Assembly (NCBI GenBank): GCA_031284905.1
Contig: JAITXI010000120.1
Location: 1-55,484 of the forward strand
Source of the DNA: Bacteroidales bacterium
GTDB lineage: Bacteria > Bacteroidota > Bacteroidia > Bacteroidales > ML635J-15
Length of the DNA stretch: 55,484 nucleotides
Direction: 5' to 3'
The notes beneath the pieces are model-generated. The model was not told the origin of the DNA, did no database searches, and saw nothing but the letters and a program-made list of their open reading frames with translations. The translations under genes were made by a program, and so were the position numbers. This document shows, piece after piece, positions 47,201-55,484 of the stretch; within the stretch, counting starts at the first letter, position 1; each line of letters opens with the position of its first letter.

Positions 47201-49269
47201 ATTATATTTCTCTTTGGGAATGGTCTTCAAGCCCTTCTTTTTCAACAATTATTTCAAATTCTCAAACCATAAATGTTTCTCCTTCAACTACTACAACTTA
47301 CTACGTGAGGGCTACAGAAAATACTTGTCAGGTTACTCAAATTGCTTCTGTTACTGTAATCGTATATAATTTTAATATAAATATTACTCCAAATCCGATT
47401 ATTTGCTTAGGAAGTTCTATTAATCTGATAATAACAAATAATATTTCAGGTGCTCTGACTTATTTGTGGAGTACAGGTGGAACCTCAAATTCTATTACAG
47501 TAAGTCCTATAGTACCAACTACTTATACAATAACAATTACAAATAATACAGGTTGTACTACTACGCGTCAAATTGATGTTGGAGTTGATAATTTAACAAT
47601 TTCTGAACCTCAATTGACTCATAATATTTGTTTTGGACAATGTAACGGAACAGCTTCTGTTCTTGCTTATGGAATTTCTCCATATTCATTTCACTGGAAC
47701 AACGGTGCTACAACTGCTAATATTGCAAATCTTTGTGCCGGAAATTTCATACTTACAGTTACAGACGGAAATTCGTGTACAGCTACAAAAAATATTACAA
47801 TAACCGAACCCACTCAAATTCAAGCTACTTTTACAAATGTAATTCAGCCGATTTGCGATGGAGTAGGATATGGTTCTGCAACAATAAATCCTACAGGTGG
47901 AACGCCGGAATATTCTTATAATTGGTCATATCATTCTGTAAATCAGAACACTAATATACAATGCTTAATTGGAACAAATCATGTAACTATAACTGATGCA
48001 AATAATTGCTCGCGAGTTTTTGATATAGAAATGTTCCCTCCAAGTGATTTGTATTCTGCTATTACTCAAAATATTTCGCCTTCTTGCTATAATTATTGTG
48101 ATGGAAGTGTTTCTGTTCAGGCTTATTTGGGAACGCCTCCTTACTCTTATGTCTGGGAAAACGATCTCAATGAATCTCACACAAATTTTGTGTCAAATTT
48201 ATGTGCAGGTACTTATATGGTTACAGTTCTTGATGCTGAAAATTGTGTTTTTCACCAATTTGTTTCAATTTCGCAACCAGATTCTTTATACGCAACAATT
48301 ACTGTTATGTCTCCAATAAAATGTTTTGGCGAAACAGGAAATATTGAAGTAGAAGGTCATGGTGGAACTACCGATTATACTTATCTCTGGAATGATAATT
48401 CTACAAATCCATATATGAATAATATTACAGAAGGATTTTATTATGTAACAATAACCGATAGCCATGGTTGTACTTTTAATTCATCATTTGAACTTACACA
48501 ACCTGAAATTTTAGATTTTACTTCAACTCTTACAAACATGCTTTGTGATAATAATTGTAATGGCTTAATCCAAACATATCCTTTTGGAGGAACTGTTCCA
48601 TACCATTATAATTGGTCAAATCAAGCAAATACTTCAGGAATATATCATTTATGTAATGGAAATTATTCAGTTATAATAACCGATAATAATGGCTGTTCGC
48701 TTTCAAAAGATTTTATTATTATTAATTTACATCATGTTCCGGATTTAGGCGTAAGTGAAAATCTATCAGAAATTTATGAAGGACAAAGCGTGAATTTATT
48801 GGCTTTTTCTTCCGAAACAGGTTCGTATCTTTGGGATAATCCGAGTGTGCTGAATAATTATAAAATTCCGACTCCGATTGCTACTTTGCATTCAGAAACT
48901 TTATTTGAAGTAATTTTTGTTTCTTCTGAAGGTTGTTATAATACGGATACAATCAGAGTAAAAGTGAAAGAAATTATTTGCAAAGACCCGTATATTTTTG
49001 TTCCCAATGCTTTTACTCCTGACGGAGATGGAAAAAATGATACTTTCAGACCATATTATCCAACAACGATGATTAAAGAATCGTATTTTGCCGTTTATGA
49101 CCGTTGGGGAAAAATAATTTACGAATCAAATAATTTACAAGACGAAGGTTGGGACGGAACTTTCAAAGGCAAAAAATTAACAACAGATGTCTATGCTTTT
49201 TACCTGCATGCAATCTGTATCAACGGCGAAGAATACAACCATAAAGGAAATGTTACTTTGTTGAGATAG
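44296..49269 (+). CDS. giant T9SS-secreted adhesin (SBBP beta-propeller repeats, PKD domain, Ig-like and SprB-type Cys repeats, type-B gliding-motility CTD)
   Basis: 1657 aa with a signal peptide. Repeated ..D..GN(I/V)YV(A/G)G.T.S.NFP.T.GAY.. units are present. PKD-like block: FHWNFGDGTTSTLQNPSHTY. Five ~65-75 aa CxxxCNG...PY.Y.W...G.Y.VT(V/I)TD..GC repeats are present. C-terminus: FVPNAFTPDGDGKNDTFRP...DRWGKIIYES...GWDG...VYAFYL. Confidence 0.88.
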   Translation: MKKILFIVLLVLINLTNAFSQYEFIENKGQWDKNIKFKSEIQNGAIFLEDNCITFNFLKYEHFHNKISEPRKPATAGDNPHTIDFNKPILGHAYRVKFLNSNNPSFVTNGEKIDYNNYFIGKDTTKWTSNVKKYSEIYYKDLYQDIDLKYYSFEFGLKYDIIVHPGADLDLLKMEYEGVDEIFVHRGDVLIKTSLNTVKEGKPYAYQIINNDTIVISCDYILKNNQLGFKLSKNYDKTKELIIDPTLIFSTYTGSTSDNWGFTATYDNDDNVYSGGIVFGTGYPVSTGAYQTTFAGGNPPSLSPYTWDIGIIKYNPIGTQRLFATYLGGGNSEEMPHSIVVNEQNEIIIMGTTGSSNFPTTAGAYDNTFNGGSPILYDNVISFQNGIDIFVSKLNATGTSLLGSTYIGGSGNDGLNFRNYYGNSTLVLMFGNDSLYYNYADGARGEVVVDKTGNIYVGTNTFSTNFPQGINPGYQTVSHGGQEGVVFKLNPNLTQLIWSSYLGGSNDDAIFSISLNSKDEIYVAGGTNSQNFPITPSAYNTTYNGGSVDAFVSKLNSNGNFLIGSTYFGSTAYDNAFFVRCDRNDNVFICGQTKASGSTLIHNATYSIPNSGQFIATFNSNLSVLNRSTVFGTGNGRPNISITAFEVDVCNRIYLAGHGREWAGYQYNTLGNTYYWGQTFGTVGMQITSDAIQSTTDGQDFYIMVLDETMSNLEYGTFFGEQYSNDHVDGGTSRFDKRGNVIQSVCASCGGTNNFPTSPGAWRTNNGQAGSNCNNAVFKIKIIENLATANFSPIPIGCAPYIVNFANTSQGQSFHWNFGDGTTSTLQNPSHTYTTGGQFTIQLIVNDPSSCNLSDTIERIVHVISSTSTIMQEISICAGHSTIIGPTTTYPPGTTFTWTGGTGLNNYSTQNPIANPSSTTTYRLIAHSVCNDTIFQTVTVQNPNITIVTSPDITICSGSSATISANSSNYISLWEWSSSPSFSTIISNSQTINVSPSTTTTYYVRATENTCQVTQIASVTVIVYNFNINITPNPIICLGSSINLIITNNISGALTYLWSTGGTSNSITVSPIVPTTYTITITNNTGCTTTRQIDVGVDNLTISEPQLTHNICFGQCNGTASVLAYGISPYSFHWNNGATTANIANLCAGNFILTVTDGNSCTATKNITITEPTQIQATFTNVIQPICDGVGYGSATINPTGGTPEYSYNWSYHSVNQNTNIQCLIGTNHVTITDANNCSRVFDIEMFPPSDLYSAITQNISPSCYNYCDGSVSVQAYLGTPPYSYVWENDLNESHTNFVSNLCAGTYMVTVLDAENCVFHQFVSISQPDSLYATITVMSPIKCFGETGNIEVEGHGGTTDYTYLWNDNSTNPYMNNITEGFYYVTITDSHGCTFNSSFELTQPEILDFTSTLTNMLCDNNCNGLIQTYPFGGTVPYHYNWSNQANTSGIYHLCNGNYSVIITDNNGCSLSKDFIIINLHHVPDLGVSENLSEIYEGQSVNLLAFSSETGSYLWDNPSVLNNYKIPTPIATLHSETLFEVIFVSSEGCYNTDTIRVKVKEIICKDPYIFVPNAFTPDGDGKNDTFRPYYPTTMIKESYFAVYDRWGKIIYESNNLQDEGWDGTFKGKKLTTDVYAFYLHAICINGEEYNHKGNVTLLR

Positions 49270-49319
49270 GAGAGAGATGGTAGTAAAAAAAATAACAAAA
49301 AGAAAATATGTTTTTTTTA

Positions 49320-49679
49320 TCCCAAACTCCGCATATATTAGACAGTTAAATCATACAAGTAACTGTAATACAAGTAATTAATAAAAACATTTAGCAACAT
49401 AATTAATTTGTCTGTAATTTCACTTAATCCGTTGTAGCATAAATAATTAATCCTTAACCCCCGTATGTTTTACGTAATATATTGTTTGTATTTATTTGAA
49501 AATGAATATGTTATTGAAATTTAAAAATACGAATACCTATTGCGTACTTTTATAAAATACGGAATTGCATTGTTTTTGTTTTAACTGACTAATATTCATA
49601 ATCTTACGTTACATATTACGTAAAATTGTGTGGAGCTAGGGATTAAATAACCCCACTAATTTTGGCGTAATTTGGGTTT
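49320..49679. mobile_element. MITE copy 2 (same family as 40062-40240, opposite orientation) carrying a nested insertion
   Basis: Ends are TCCCAAACTCCGC... and ...CACTAATTTTGGCGTAATTTGGGTTT, both TA-flanked. Internal blocks (AGTTAAATCATACAAGTAACTGTAATACA, TTGTCTGTAATTTCACTTAATCCGTTG) align to the reverse complement of copy 1. Confidence 0.7.
49450..49643. mobile_element. second MITE type nested inside MITE copy 2, with TA target-site duplication
   Basis: TIRs are ATCCTTAACCCCCGTATGTTTTACGTAATAT and the reverse complement ATCCCTAGCTCCACACAATTTTACGTAATAT (22/31 identical, including 13 consecutive). TA lies at 49448-49449 and 49644-49645. Removing the insert restores colinearity with copy 1. 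Confidence 0.7.
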
Positions 49680-49724
49680 TATTAATCCTAAAAGCTACAT
49701 TTATTAGGTTCAATTTAGGTTAAA

Positions 49725-49835
49725 GATAAATGTTATCATGTTCAACTTGTTAATTCAATTTATAGTCGCTACGAAAAGTGGATAAAACGCTTTGTCGTAG
49801 TGTCTTCAAAATATTTATCAAATTATTTTAATTAG
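49725..49835 (+). pseudogene. IS1595 (ISXO2-like) transposase C-terminal fragment
   Basis: Translation DKCYHVQLVNSIYSRYEKWIKRFVVVSSKYLSNYFN* resembles the conserved N.iE..ws.lKr....GVs.kYL..Yl tail of that family. There is no upstream coding continuity. Confidence 0.4.
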
Positions 49836-50370
49836 TTTATATTTTTAGAAAAAATAAAAAAAAACTCTCAACAAGTTTTGGATATGGCAAAAATCGCTAT
49901 ACTGATGTGGAGGTTTTAAAAAAGTACAAACAATTAAGATGAGCTATATCACAAAATAATTTCTACAACTTTCTAAAACATAGACTAAAAAATCTATAGT
50001 TTTTTTGAATTTTATAAAAAAAGTAAATAAATTTTCGGAACTTACATAATGTAGTGTCTATCCAAAAACGCGTAATGGTTTATATTCCTACTATATCCCT
50101 CGTATTGCAGTCAGATGCTTAAAAATCTTATACAAGGTATAGAGTTTATTCTCTTGTTGGAAACTTGGTTTACTTTTAGGCATCGGTTAATCTTTTCTTT
50201 TTTACAACAAAAGTAAAATATTAACCAGACTTATTATTTTTTTTTTAATCTTACATATAAGAGTTTGCAACAATTGGGAAATGGTTTTGAATTTAATAGC
50301 AGTTTTGTATTAGCAATATACTATAATAATATACCAGCTAAATAATTGTAAAAAAAAACAAAAAAAATAT

Positions 50371-50378
50371 TACTTTTG
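50371..50378 (+). promoter_or_regulatory. -7 promoter box (TACTTTTG) for argS
   Basis: Part of the shared 16-mer AAAAATATTACTTTTG, 18 nt upstream of the ATG at 50396. Confidence 0.5.
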
Positions 50379-50395
50379 TATAATCTATATCATAA

Positions 50396-52171
50396 ATGAA
50401 AACTATATTACTAAATTCCATCAAACAGGCACTATTTTCACTATATTCTATTGATGATAAGTCAATTATAATTTCAATTGAAAAAACAAGAGAAGGCTTT
50501 ACAGGAGATTTCACATTCGTAGTTTTTCCAATATTACAATTTTCAAAAAAAAAAACAGAAGAAACCGCAAATGAAATTGGAAGTTATATATCAAAACAGT
50601 GTGATATTATTTCGTCATATAATATTGTTAAAGGTTTTTTAAATATTTCAATAAAAAATAATATTTGGATTTCAGAACTCAATAAAATATTTTTTAGCAA
50701 AGAAGAAAAAACGGAAAATAAATCAACAGTTATGATTGAGTTTTCATCTCCAAACACAAACAAGCCACTTCATCTTGGGCATATAAGAAATAATTTGCTG
50801 GGAGATTCAATTTCAAGAATTATTGAAAAAGACGGAAATAAAGTTATTAAAGTAAATTTGATAAATGACAGAGGAATCCACATTTGCAAATCAATGTTAG
50901 CGTGGATAAAATGGGGAAATGGTGCAACTCCTGAATCAACCGGAATAAAAGGGGATAAATTTGTTGGCGATTATTATGTACTTTTCAACGATAAATACAA
51001 GAAACAAATTGAAGATTTAATAAAAGAAGGAAAAACAGAAGAAGAAGCAAAAAATGCAGCAACTCTCCTTCTTGAAACTCGTGAATTGTTAAGAAAATGG
51101 GAAAATAATGATACCGAAATTATCAAAATCTGGAACCTAATGAACTCTTGGGTTTATCAAGGTTTTGAAATTACATACAAAAATTTAGGAATTAGTTTTG
51201 ATAAAATTTATTACGAATCTCAAACTTATCTTTTAGGGAAATCAGTTGTAACTGAAGGTTTAGAAAAAGGAATTTTTGTTAGAGACACGGATAATTCTGT
51301 TTGGATAGATTTAACAAACGAAGGATTAGACCGTAAAATTTTATTACGAAGTGACGGAACTACAGTTTATATAACTCAAGATATTGGAACAGTTCTGAAA
51401 CGTTTTGAAGAATATAATCCGGACAAATTAATTTATGTCGTAGGAGATGAACAAAATTATCATTTTGAGGTATTAAAAAAAATTATATCAAAAATTGACC
51501 CTGAAAATTCTGAAAAAATTAAACATTTATCTTATGGAATGGTTGAGTTACCAGACGGAAAAATGAAATCTCGCGAAGGTACAGTCGTTGATGCTGATGA
51601 TTTAATTGAAAATATGATTCAAACAGCTGAAGAAATTTCTGAAACTAGTGGAAAAATCAATGAATTAGAAAGTTATGAAAAAAATGAAATAATTCATCAA
51701 ATAGCATTAGGTGCATTAAAATATTATATTTTAAAAATAGACCCGAAAAAACAAATTATATATAATCCAAAAGAATCAATTGATTTTAATGGGAATACAG
51801 GTCCTTTTATTCAATATACTTTTGCAAGGATAGAATCAATTTTAAAAAATGCAGAGAAATTAAATTTTAATTATAATTTTAAACTATCAGAAAACATAAA
51901 ATTATCAGAAATCGAATTAAAGATTATATCAGAACTTCTTGAATTTAAAAATACTATTCACGAAGCAGCCGAAAAATATAACCCGGGAATAATTGCAAAC
52001 TATATTTTTGAATTGGCAAAAAACTATAATCAATTCTATCATGATAATAATATTTTAAAAGAAACAAATAGAGATATTTTACACTTAAGATTAATTTTAT
52101 CAAAGCAAGTCTCAATCACAATAAAAGAAAGTATGAATTTATTAGGAATTAAAGTTCCAAACAAAATGTAA
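50396..52171 (+). CDS. argS: arginine--tRNA ligase
   Basis: 591 aa with HIGH region SSPNTNKPLHLGHIRNN, KMSKS-like KMKSREG, and a DALR-type C-terminus ending in M. Confidence 0.95.
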   Translation: MKTILLNSIKQALFSLYSIDDKSIIISIEKTREGFTGDFTFVVFPILQFSKKKTEETANEIGSYISKQCDIISSYNIVKGFLNISIKNNIWISELNKIFFSKEEKTENKSTVMIEFSSPNTNKPLHLGHIRNNLLGDSISRIIEKDGNKVIKVNLINDRGIHICKSMLAWIKWGNGATPESTGIKGDKFVGDYYVLFNDKYKKQIEDLIKEGKTEEEAKNAATLLLETRELLRKWENNDTEIIKIWNLMNSWVYQGFEITYKNLGISFDKIYYESQTYLLGKSVVTEGLEKGIFVRDTDNSVWIDLTNEGLDRKILLRSDGTTVYITQDIGTVLKRFEEYNPDKLIYVVGDEQNYHFEVLKKIISKIDPENSEKIKHLSYGMVELPDGKMKSREGTVVDADDLIENMIQTAEEISETSGKINELESYEKNEIIHQIALGALKYYILKIDPKKQIIYNPKESIDFNGNTGPFIQYTFARIESILKNAEKLNFNYNFKLSENIKLSEIELKIISELLEFKNTIHEAAEKYNPGIIANYIFELAKNYNQFYHDNNILKETNRDILHLRLILSKQVSITIKESMNLLGIKVPNKM

Positions 52172-52175
52172 AAAT

Positions 52176-53240
52176 ATGAACGATTTTAGTCCTCACGTAA
52201 GTAAAAAAATATTAATAACAGGCGGAATAGGATTTATTGGCTCTCACACAGCAACAGAATTAATAAATTCAGGATATGAAGTAATAATCGTAGATAATCT
52301 TTCAAATTCGGATATTAAAATTTTAGACGGAATTGAAAAAATCACAAAAATTCGCCCTCAATTTTATAAAAAAGATGTATCAGAAATTAATCAACTCGAA
52401 ACGATTTTTAAAGAACATTCTGATATTCAGGCAATTATACATTTTGCAGCTTCTAAAGCTGTTGGAGAATCTGTAGAACAACCACTTAAATATTATCAAA
52501 ATAATTTAATGGGATTGATAAATATTTTAAATTCAATGATTACTTATAAAATTCCGAATTTAATTTTTTCTTCAAGTTGCACAGTATATGGTCAGCCAAA
52601 AAAACTACCGGTTACAGAAAATTCTCCAATAGCAAAAGCAGAATCACCTTATGGAAACACAAAAATAATAAGTGAAGAAATCATTGCAGATACAATAAAA
52701 ACTAACAAAAATTTAAAAGCCATTGCTTTGCGATATTTTAATCCGATAGGTGCACATCCATCTGTAGAAATTGGCGAATTACCAATTGGAATTCCAAATA
52801 ATCTTATTCCTTTTGTTACACAAACAGCATTCGGAATACGTACAGAATTAAAAGTTTTCGGTAACGATTACAACACTCCTGACGGCACTCCAATTCGCGA
52901 TTATATCAATGTAGTAGATTTAGCTAAAGCACATGTTAAAGCAGCCGAAAGACTTTTAGAAAATTCAAATTCCGATAATCTTGAATTTTTCAACATTGGA
53001 ACAGGAAAAGGAAATTCTGTTTTAGAAATTATTAAAACTTTTGAAGAAGTAACGAACATTAAACTTCCATATCAAATTGTTGGACGAAGAGCAGGTGATA
53101 TAGAAAAAATATGGGCAGAAACTACCAAAGCAAATGAAACTTTAAATTGGAAAGCAGAAATTTCACTTGAAAAAACCTTATTATCAGCTTGGGAATGGGA
53201 AAAAAATTTCAGAAAAAATTTTGAAAATGATAATATTTGA
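52176..53240 (+). CDS. galE: UDP-glucose 4-epimerase
   Basis: 354 aa with Rossmann motif ITGGIGFIGSH, catalytic YGNTK (YxxxK), and NYFNPIGAH. Confidence 0.93.
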   Translation: MNDFSPHVSKKILITGGIGFIGSHTATELINSGYEVIIVDNLSNSDIKILDGIEKITKIRPQFYKKDVSEINQLETIFKEHSDIQAIIHFAASKAVGESVEQPLKYYQNNLMGLINILNSMITYKIPNLIFSSSCTVYGQPKKLPVTENSPIAKAESPYGNTKIISEEIIADTIKTNKNLKAIALRYFNPIGAHPSVEIGELPIGIPNNLIPFVTQTAFGIRTELKVFGNDYNTPDGTPIRDYINVVDLAKAHVKAAERLLENSNSDNLEFFNIGTGKGNSVLEIIKTFEEVTNIKLPYQIVGRRAGDIEKIWAETTKANETLNWKAEISLEKTLLSAWEWEKNFRKNFENDNI

Positions 53241-53315
53241 ATTTTTTCACTTTTAGCAGAGAGAATCTTCGTCCTTTTGCCCATCTTTGGCTCTAATATC
53301 TAAAAATTTTACTTT

Positions 53316-54293
53316 GTGTTAAAAATCGGAAACATAGAATTTGAAGAAAAACCTGTTTTTTTAGCTCCTATGGAAGACATAACAGATCCTTCATTTCGTT
53401 ATATGTGTAAAAAATTTGGAGCAGATTTAATGTACACCGAATTTATTTCTTCTGATGGATTAATCAGAGATGCAAAAAAAAGTGTTCAAAAATTAAATAT
53501 TTATGAATACGAAAAACCTGTAGGGATTCAAATTTATGGGCACATTCCTGAAGCAATGGAAGAAGCTGCTAAAATTGTAAATGGTTCACAAGCAGATTTA
53601 TTAGATATTAATTTCGGTTGTCCGGTTAAAAAAATTGCCGGACGTGGTGCAGGTGCCGGAATGATGCAAAATTTACAGTTGATGCAAAAAATTACAGAAA
53701 AAGTTGTTAAAATTTCAAAACTTCCTGTAACGGCAAAAACACGACTAGGTTGGGATAGCGAAAATCTAAATGTCGAAGAAATCACTCTTATGCTACAAGA
53801 TTGTGGTATTCAGGCGCTTACAATACACGGACGAACACGTTCACAAATGTATAAAGGAGAAGCTGATTGGACTTTAATAGGAAAAATAAAAAATAATCCA
53901 CAAATAAAAATTCCAATAATCGGAAATGGAGATATTACTTCAGGGAAAATTGCATTTGAAAATTTCAACAAATATAATGTTGACGCAATAATGATTGGTC
54001 GTGCAGCCATAGGAAAGCCATGGATATTTAAAGAAATAAAACATTTTCTAAAAACCGGCGAAGAATTGCCACCTCCATCAGTTTTAGAAAGAGTTCAATT
54101 TGCAAATGAACATTTGAAAAAATCAATCGAATATAAAGAAGGACAAAGAGCAATTTACGAAATGAGACGACATTTTAACTTATATTTCAAAAGTATTCCA
54201 AATTTTAAAGAAACACGATTGAAATTGCTTACAGCTCAAACTTACGAAGAAATATATAATATTTTAAATTATATTGGCAAAATATTTCAATAA
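53316..54293 (+). CDS. dusB: tRNA-dihydrouridine synthase
   Basis: 325 aa with a GTG start. Blocks: LAPMEDITDPSFR, INFGCP, TIHGRTRSQMYKGEADW and NGDI. Confidence 0.88.
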   Translation: MLKIGNIEFEEKPVFLAPMEDITDPSFRYMCKKFGADLMYTEFISSDGLIRDAKKSVQKLNIYEYEKPVGIQIYGHIPEAMEEAAKIVNGSQADLLDINFGCPVKKIAGRGAGAGMMQNLQLMQKITEKVVKISKLPVTAKTRLGWDSENLNVEEITLMLQDCGIQALTIHGRTRSQMYKGEADWTLIGKIKNNPQIKIPIIGNGDITSGKIAFENFNKYNVDAIMIGRAAIGKPWIFKEIKHFLKTGEELPPPSVLERVQFANEHLKKSIEYKEGQRAIYEMRRHFNLYFKSIPNFKETRLKLLTAQTYEEIYNILNYIGKIFQ

Positions 54294-54427
54294 AATATTT
54301 CAATACTTTTTCTTTTTTATCCTATTTGACCGCCATTAGACAGGTTATAAAAAATTAAATTTCGTAAAAAGATCGCTATCGTTAACTACCTTAATATTTT
54401 AATATGACAAACAAAATTTTCGAGATA

Positions 54428-54974
54428 ATCCCTAACTCCACCAAAAATTACCCCGTCTAAGGCTTATATAAACCAGCCTCCTATTTGGATTCCAAAGGGC
54501 TGTAGAGCGTTGCTTGGTAATCAAATTGTTAGACAATACATGTATCTGTATGGCGAATTTTGTCCCGAAACAGACGATAGTTTTTTCAAGTCAATTTTCA
54601 GATTATCAAGTGGTTATGGCTATGGATAATGCCTCTTGGCATAGCAGTAACATTGATAAAAATATAGATAATACAGTTCCATTCTTTCAACCGCCACATT
54701 CGCCTGAAGTCAATCCTGCAGAACATATTTGGCAATATATTAGAGAAAGTAGTAATTTTAAAAATAAAACATTAAAAATAGTATAGAAGAGGTGCAAGAA
54801 AATTTGTGTATTGCAGTAAACAATTTATTATCAGACAAAGAAAAAATAAAATCTATTACCGGATTTAATGGGTATTAGAGGCTATACAAGGTAGAGTGAT
54901 AGCTGGTTTGTATAAATTCATTTTTTGAACTAACAACCACAACTCTTTGCTCGCCTCTACACTAATTTAGGTTT
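54428..54974 (+). mobile_element. decayed IS630/Tc1-mariner-family element (internally deleted)
   Basis: The left end, TA|ATCCCTAACTCCACCAAAAATTACCCCGTCTAAG, closely matches the MITE copy 1 terminus. A degenerate right end lies at about 54955-54974 (CTCTACACTAATTT--AGGTTT|TA). Subterminal inverted repeats: TATATAAACCAGC / GCTGGTTTGTATA. The right boundary is uncertain. Confidence 0.6.
54486..54878 (+). pseudogene. IS630-family DDE transposase remnant (N-terminal HTH region missing, at least two frameshifts)
   Basis: Three frames read WIPKGCRALLGNQIVRQYMYLYGEFCPETDDSFF / ..YQVVMAMDNASWHSS...FFQPPHSPEVNPAEHIWQYIRE / ..SIEEVQENLCIAVNNLLSDKEKIKSITGFNGY*. The DNAxxH and PPYSPxxNPxExxW-type blocks are diagnostic of this family. 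Confidence 0.75.
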
Positions 54975-55237
54975 TAGTATCAGGTGCTATTTGGTGGTAT
55001 TGACACATTTGAACAAGGTACATCGCAATATGTCCGCTTGTTTTGGCTGTATGATTGCCATTTTTCTTCTTTATGGGAGAGTCGCAATAAAAGCATTTTT
55101 TTTATTCATAATCTTTGATTTGCTACAATGGTACTATTAATAAGCCTTTCAAAAGTTTTTAGCCTGAATTTTGCCCCATAAGTCTAAAAAATATTGGAGA
55201 TACAACACAATTCCGTTATTAATTAGAAATGCGGCAT

Positions 55238-55245
55238 TAAATTTG
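55238..55245 (+). promoter_or_regulatory. -7 promoter box (TAAATTTG)
   Basis: TAnnTTTG match 13 nt upstream of the ATG at 55258. Confidence 0.4.
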
Positions 55246-55257
55246 CAAGTATAAATA

Positions 55258-55484
55258 ATGGAAATTGGAAATCAGATGTATGAGTTGAGCAATGGTTTAA
55301 TAGATAAAATACTGAATAACAGCGTGTTAAATACAGACGATTTGAAACAGGTTTACGAAACTATTAGAACACCAATTGCAAAATATTCGTTGGCAGAGAC
55401 CCATTTTATGTTGGGAGAATATGATGATGCAAAATCTGTGTTGGCGTTGATTCCGAATCAATTTAATTTTTCAAAAGCAGAAGA
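55258..55484 (+). CDS. hypothetical protein, 5' part only (runs off the window end)
   Basis: The frame is open from the ATG at 55258 to the window end: MEIGNQMYELSNGLIDKILNNSVLNTDDLKQVYETIRTPIAKYSLAETHFMLGEYDDAKSVLALIPNQFNFSKAE.. . A -7 box precedes it. Confidence 0.4.
   Translation, partial: MEIGNQMYELSNGLIDKILNNSVLNTDDLKQVYETIRTPIAKYSLAETHFMLGEYDDAKSVLALIPNQFNFSKAE

Overview
This is a strongly AT-rich chromosomal segment of Bacteroidota type. The evidence is Por/T9SS C-terminal sorting domains, TAnnTTTG -7 promoter boxes close to start codons, a TonB-dependent receptor, TamB, LptF/G and SprB-type adhesin repeats.

Most of the window is ordinary housekeeping: aspartate aminotransferase, prfB, gmhA, ligA, rpsP-rimM, dut, tgt, argS, galE, dusB, aqpZ and a ClC channel, plus two tRNA-Pro genes.

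I did not find a convincing self-contained novel multi-gene system. There is no CRISPR array, reverse transcriptase, toxin-antitoxin pair or defence-island signature.

The items most worth follow-up are:
1. A cobalamin riboswitch (about 3244-3405) heads a 4-gene uptake operon. Two of its accessory proteins carry T9SS sorting domains rather than lipoprotein signals.
2. A roughly 175-nt long imperfect hairpin with a large central bubble (2551-2725) has its own -7 box and terminator. It is a 6S-RNA-like candidate.
3. A TA-flanked MITE family occurs at 40062-40240 and 49320-49679. The second copy carries a nested second MITE. The termini match a decayed IS630-type element at 54428-54974.
4. A two-hairpin, roughly 85-nt repeat is present twice, at 22961-23046 and 34713-34797.
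5. Two tandem secreted paralogs are near-identical at nucleotide level only at their 5' and 3' ends.
6. Several gene remnants point to ongoing genome decay: a radical-SAM/SPASM C-terminus, a DNA methyltransferase, and IS1595 and IS630 fragments.

prfB shows the classic +1 programmed frameshift site. All calls come from reading the sequence and ORF translations by eye. Coordinates of RNA and repeat elements are approximate (a few nt).
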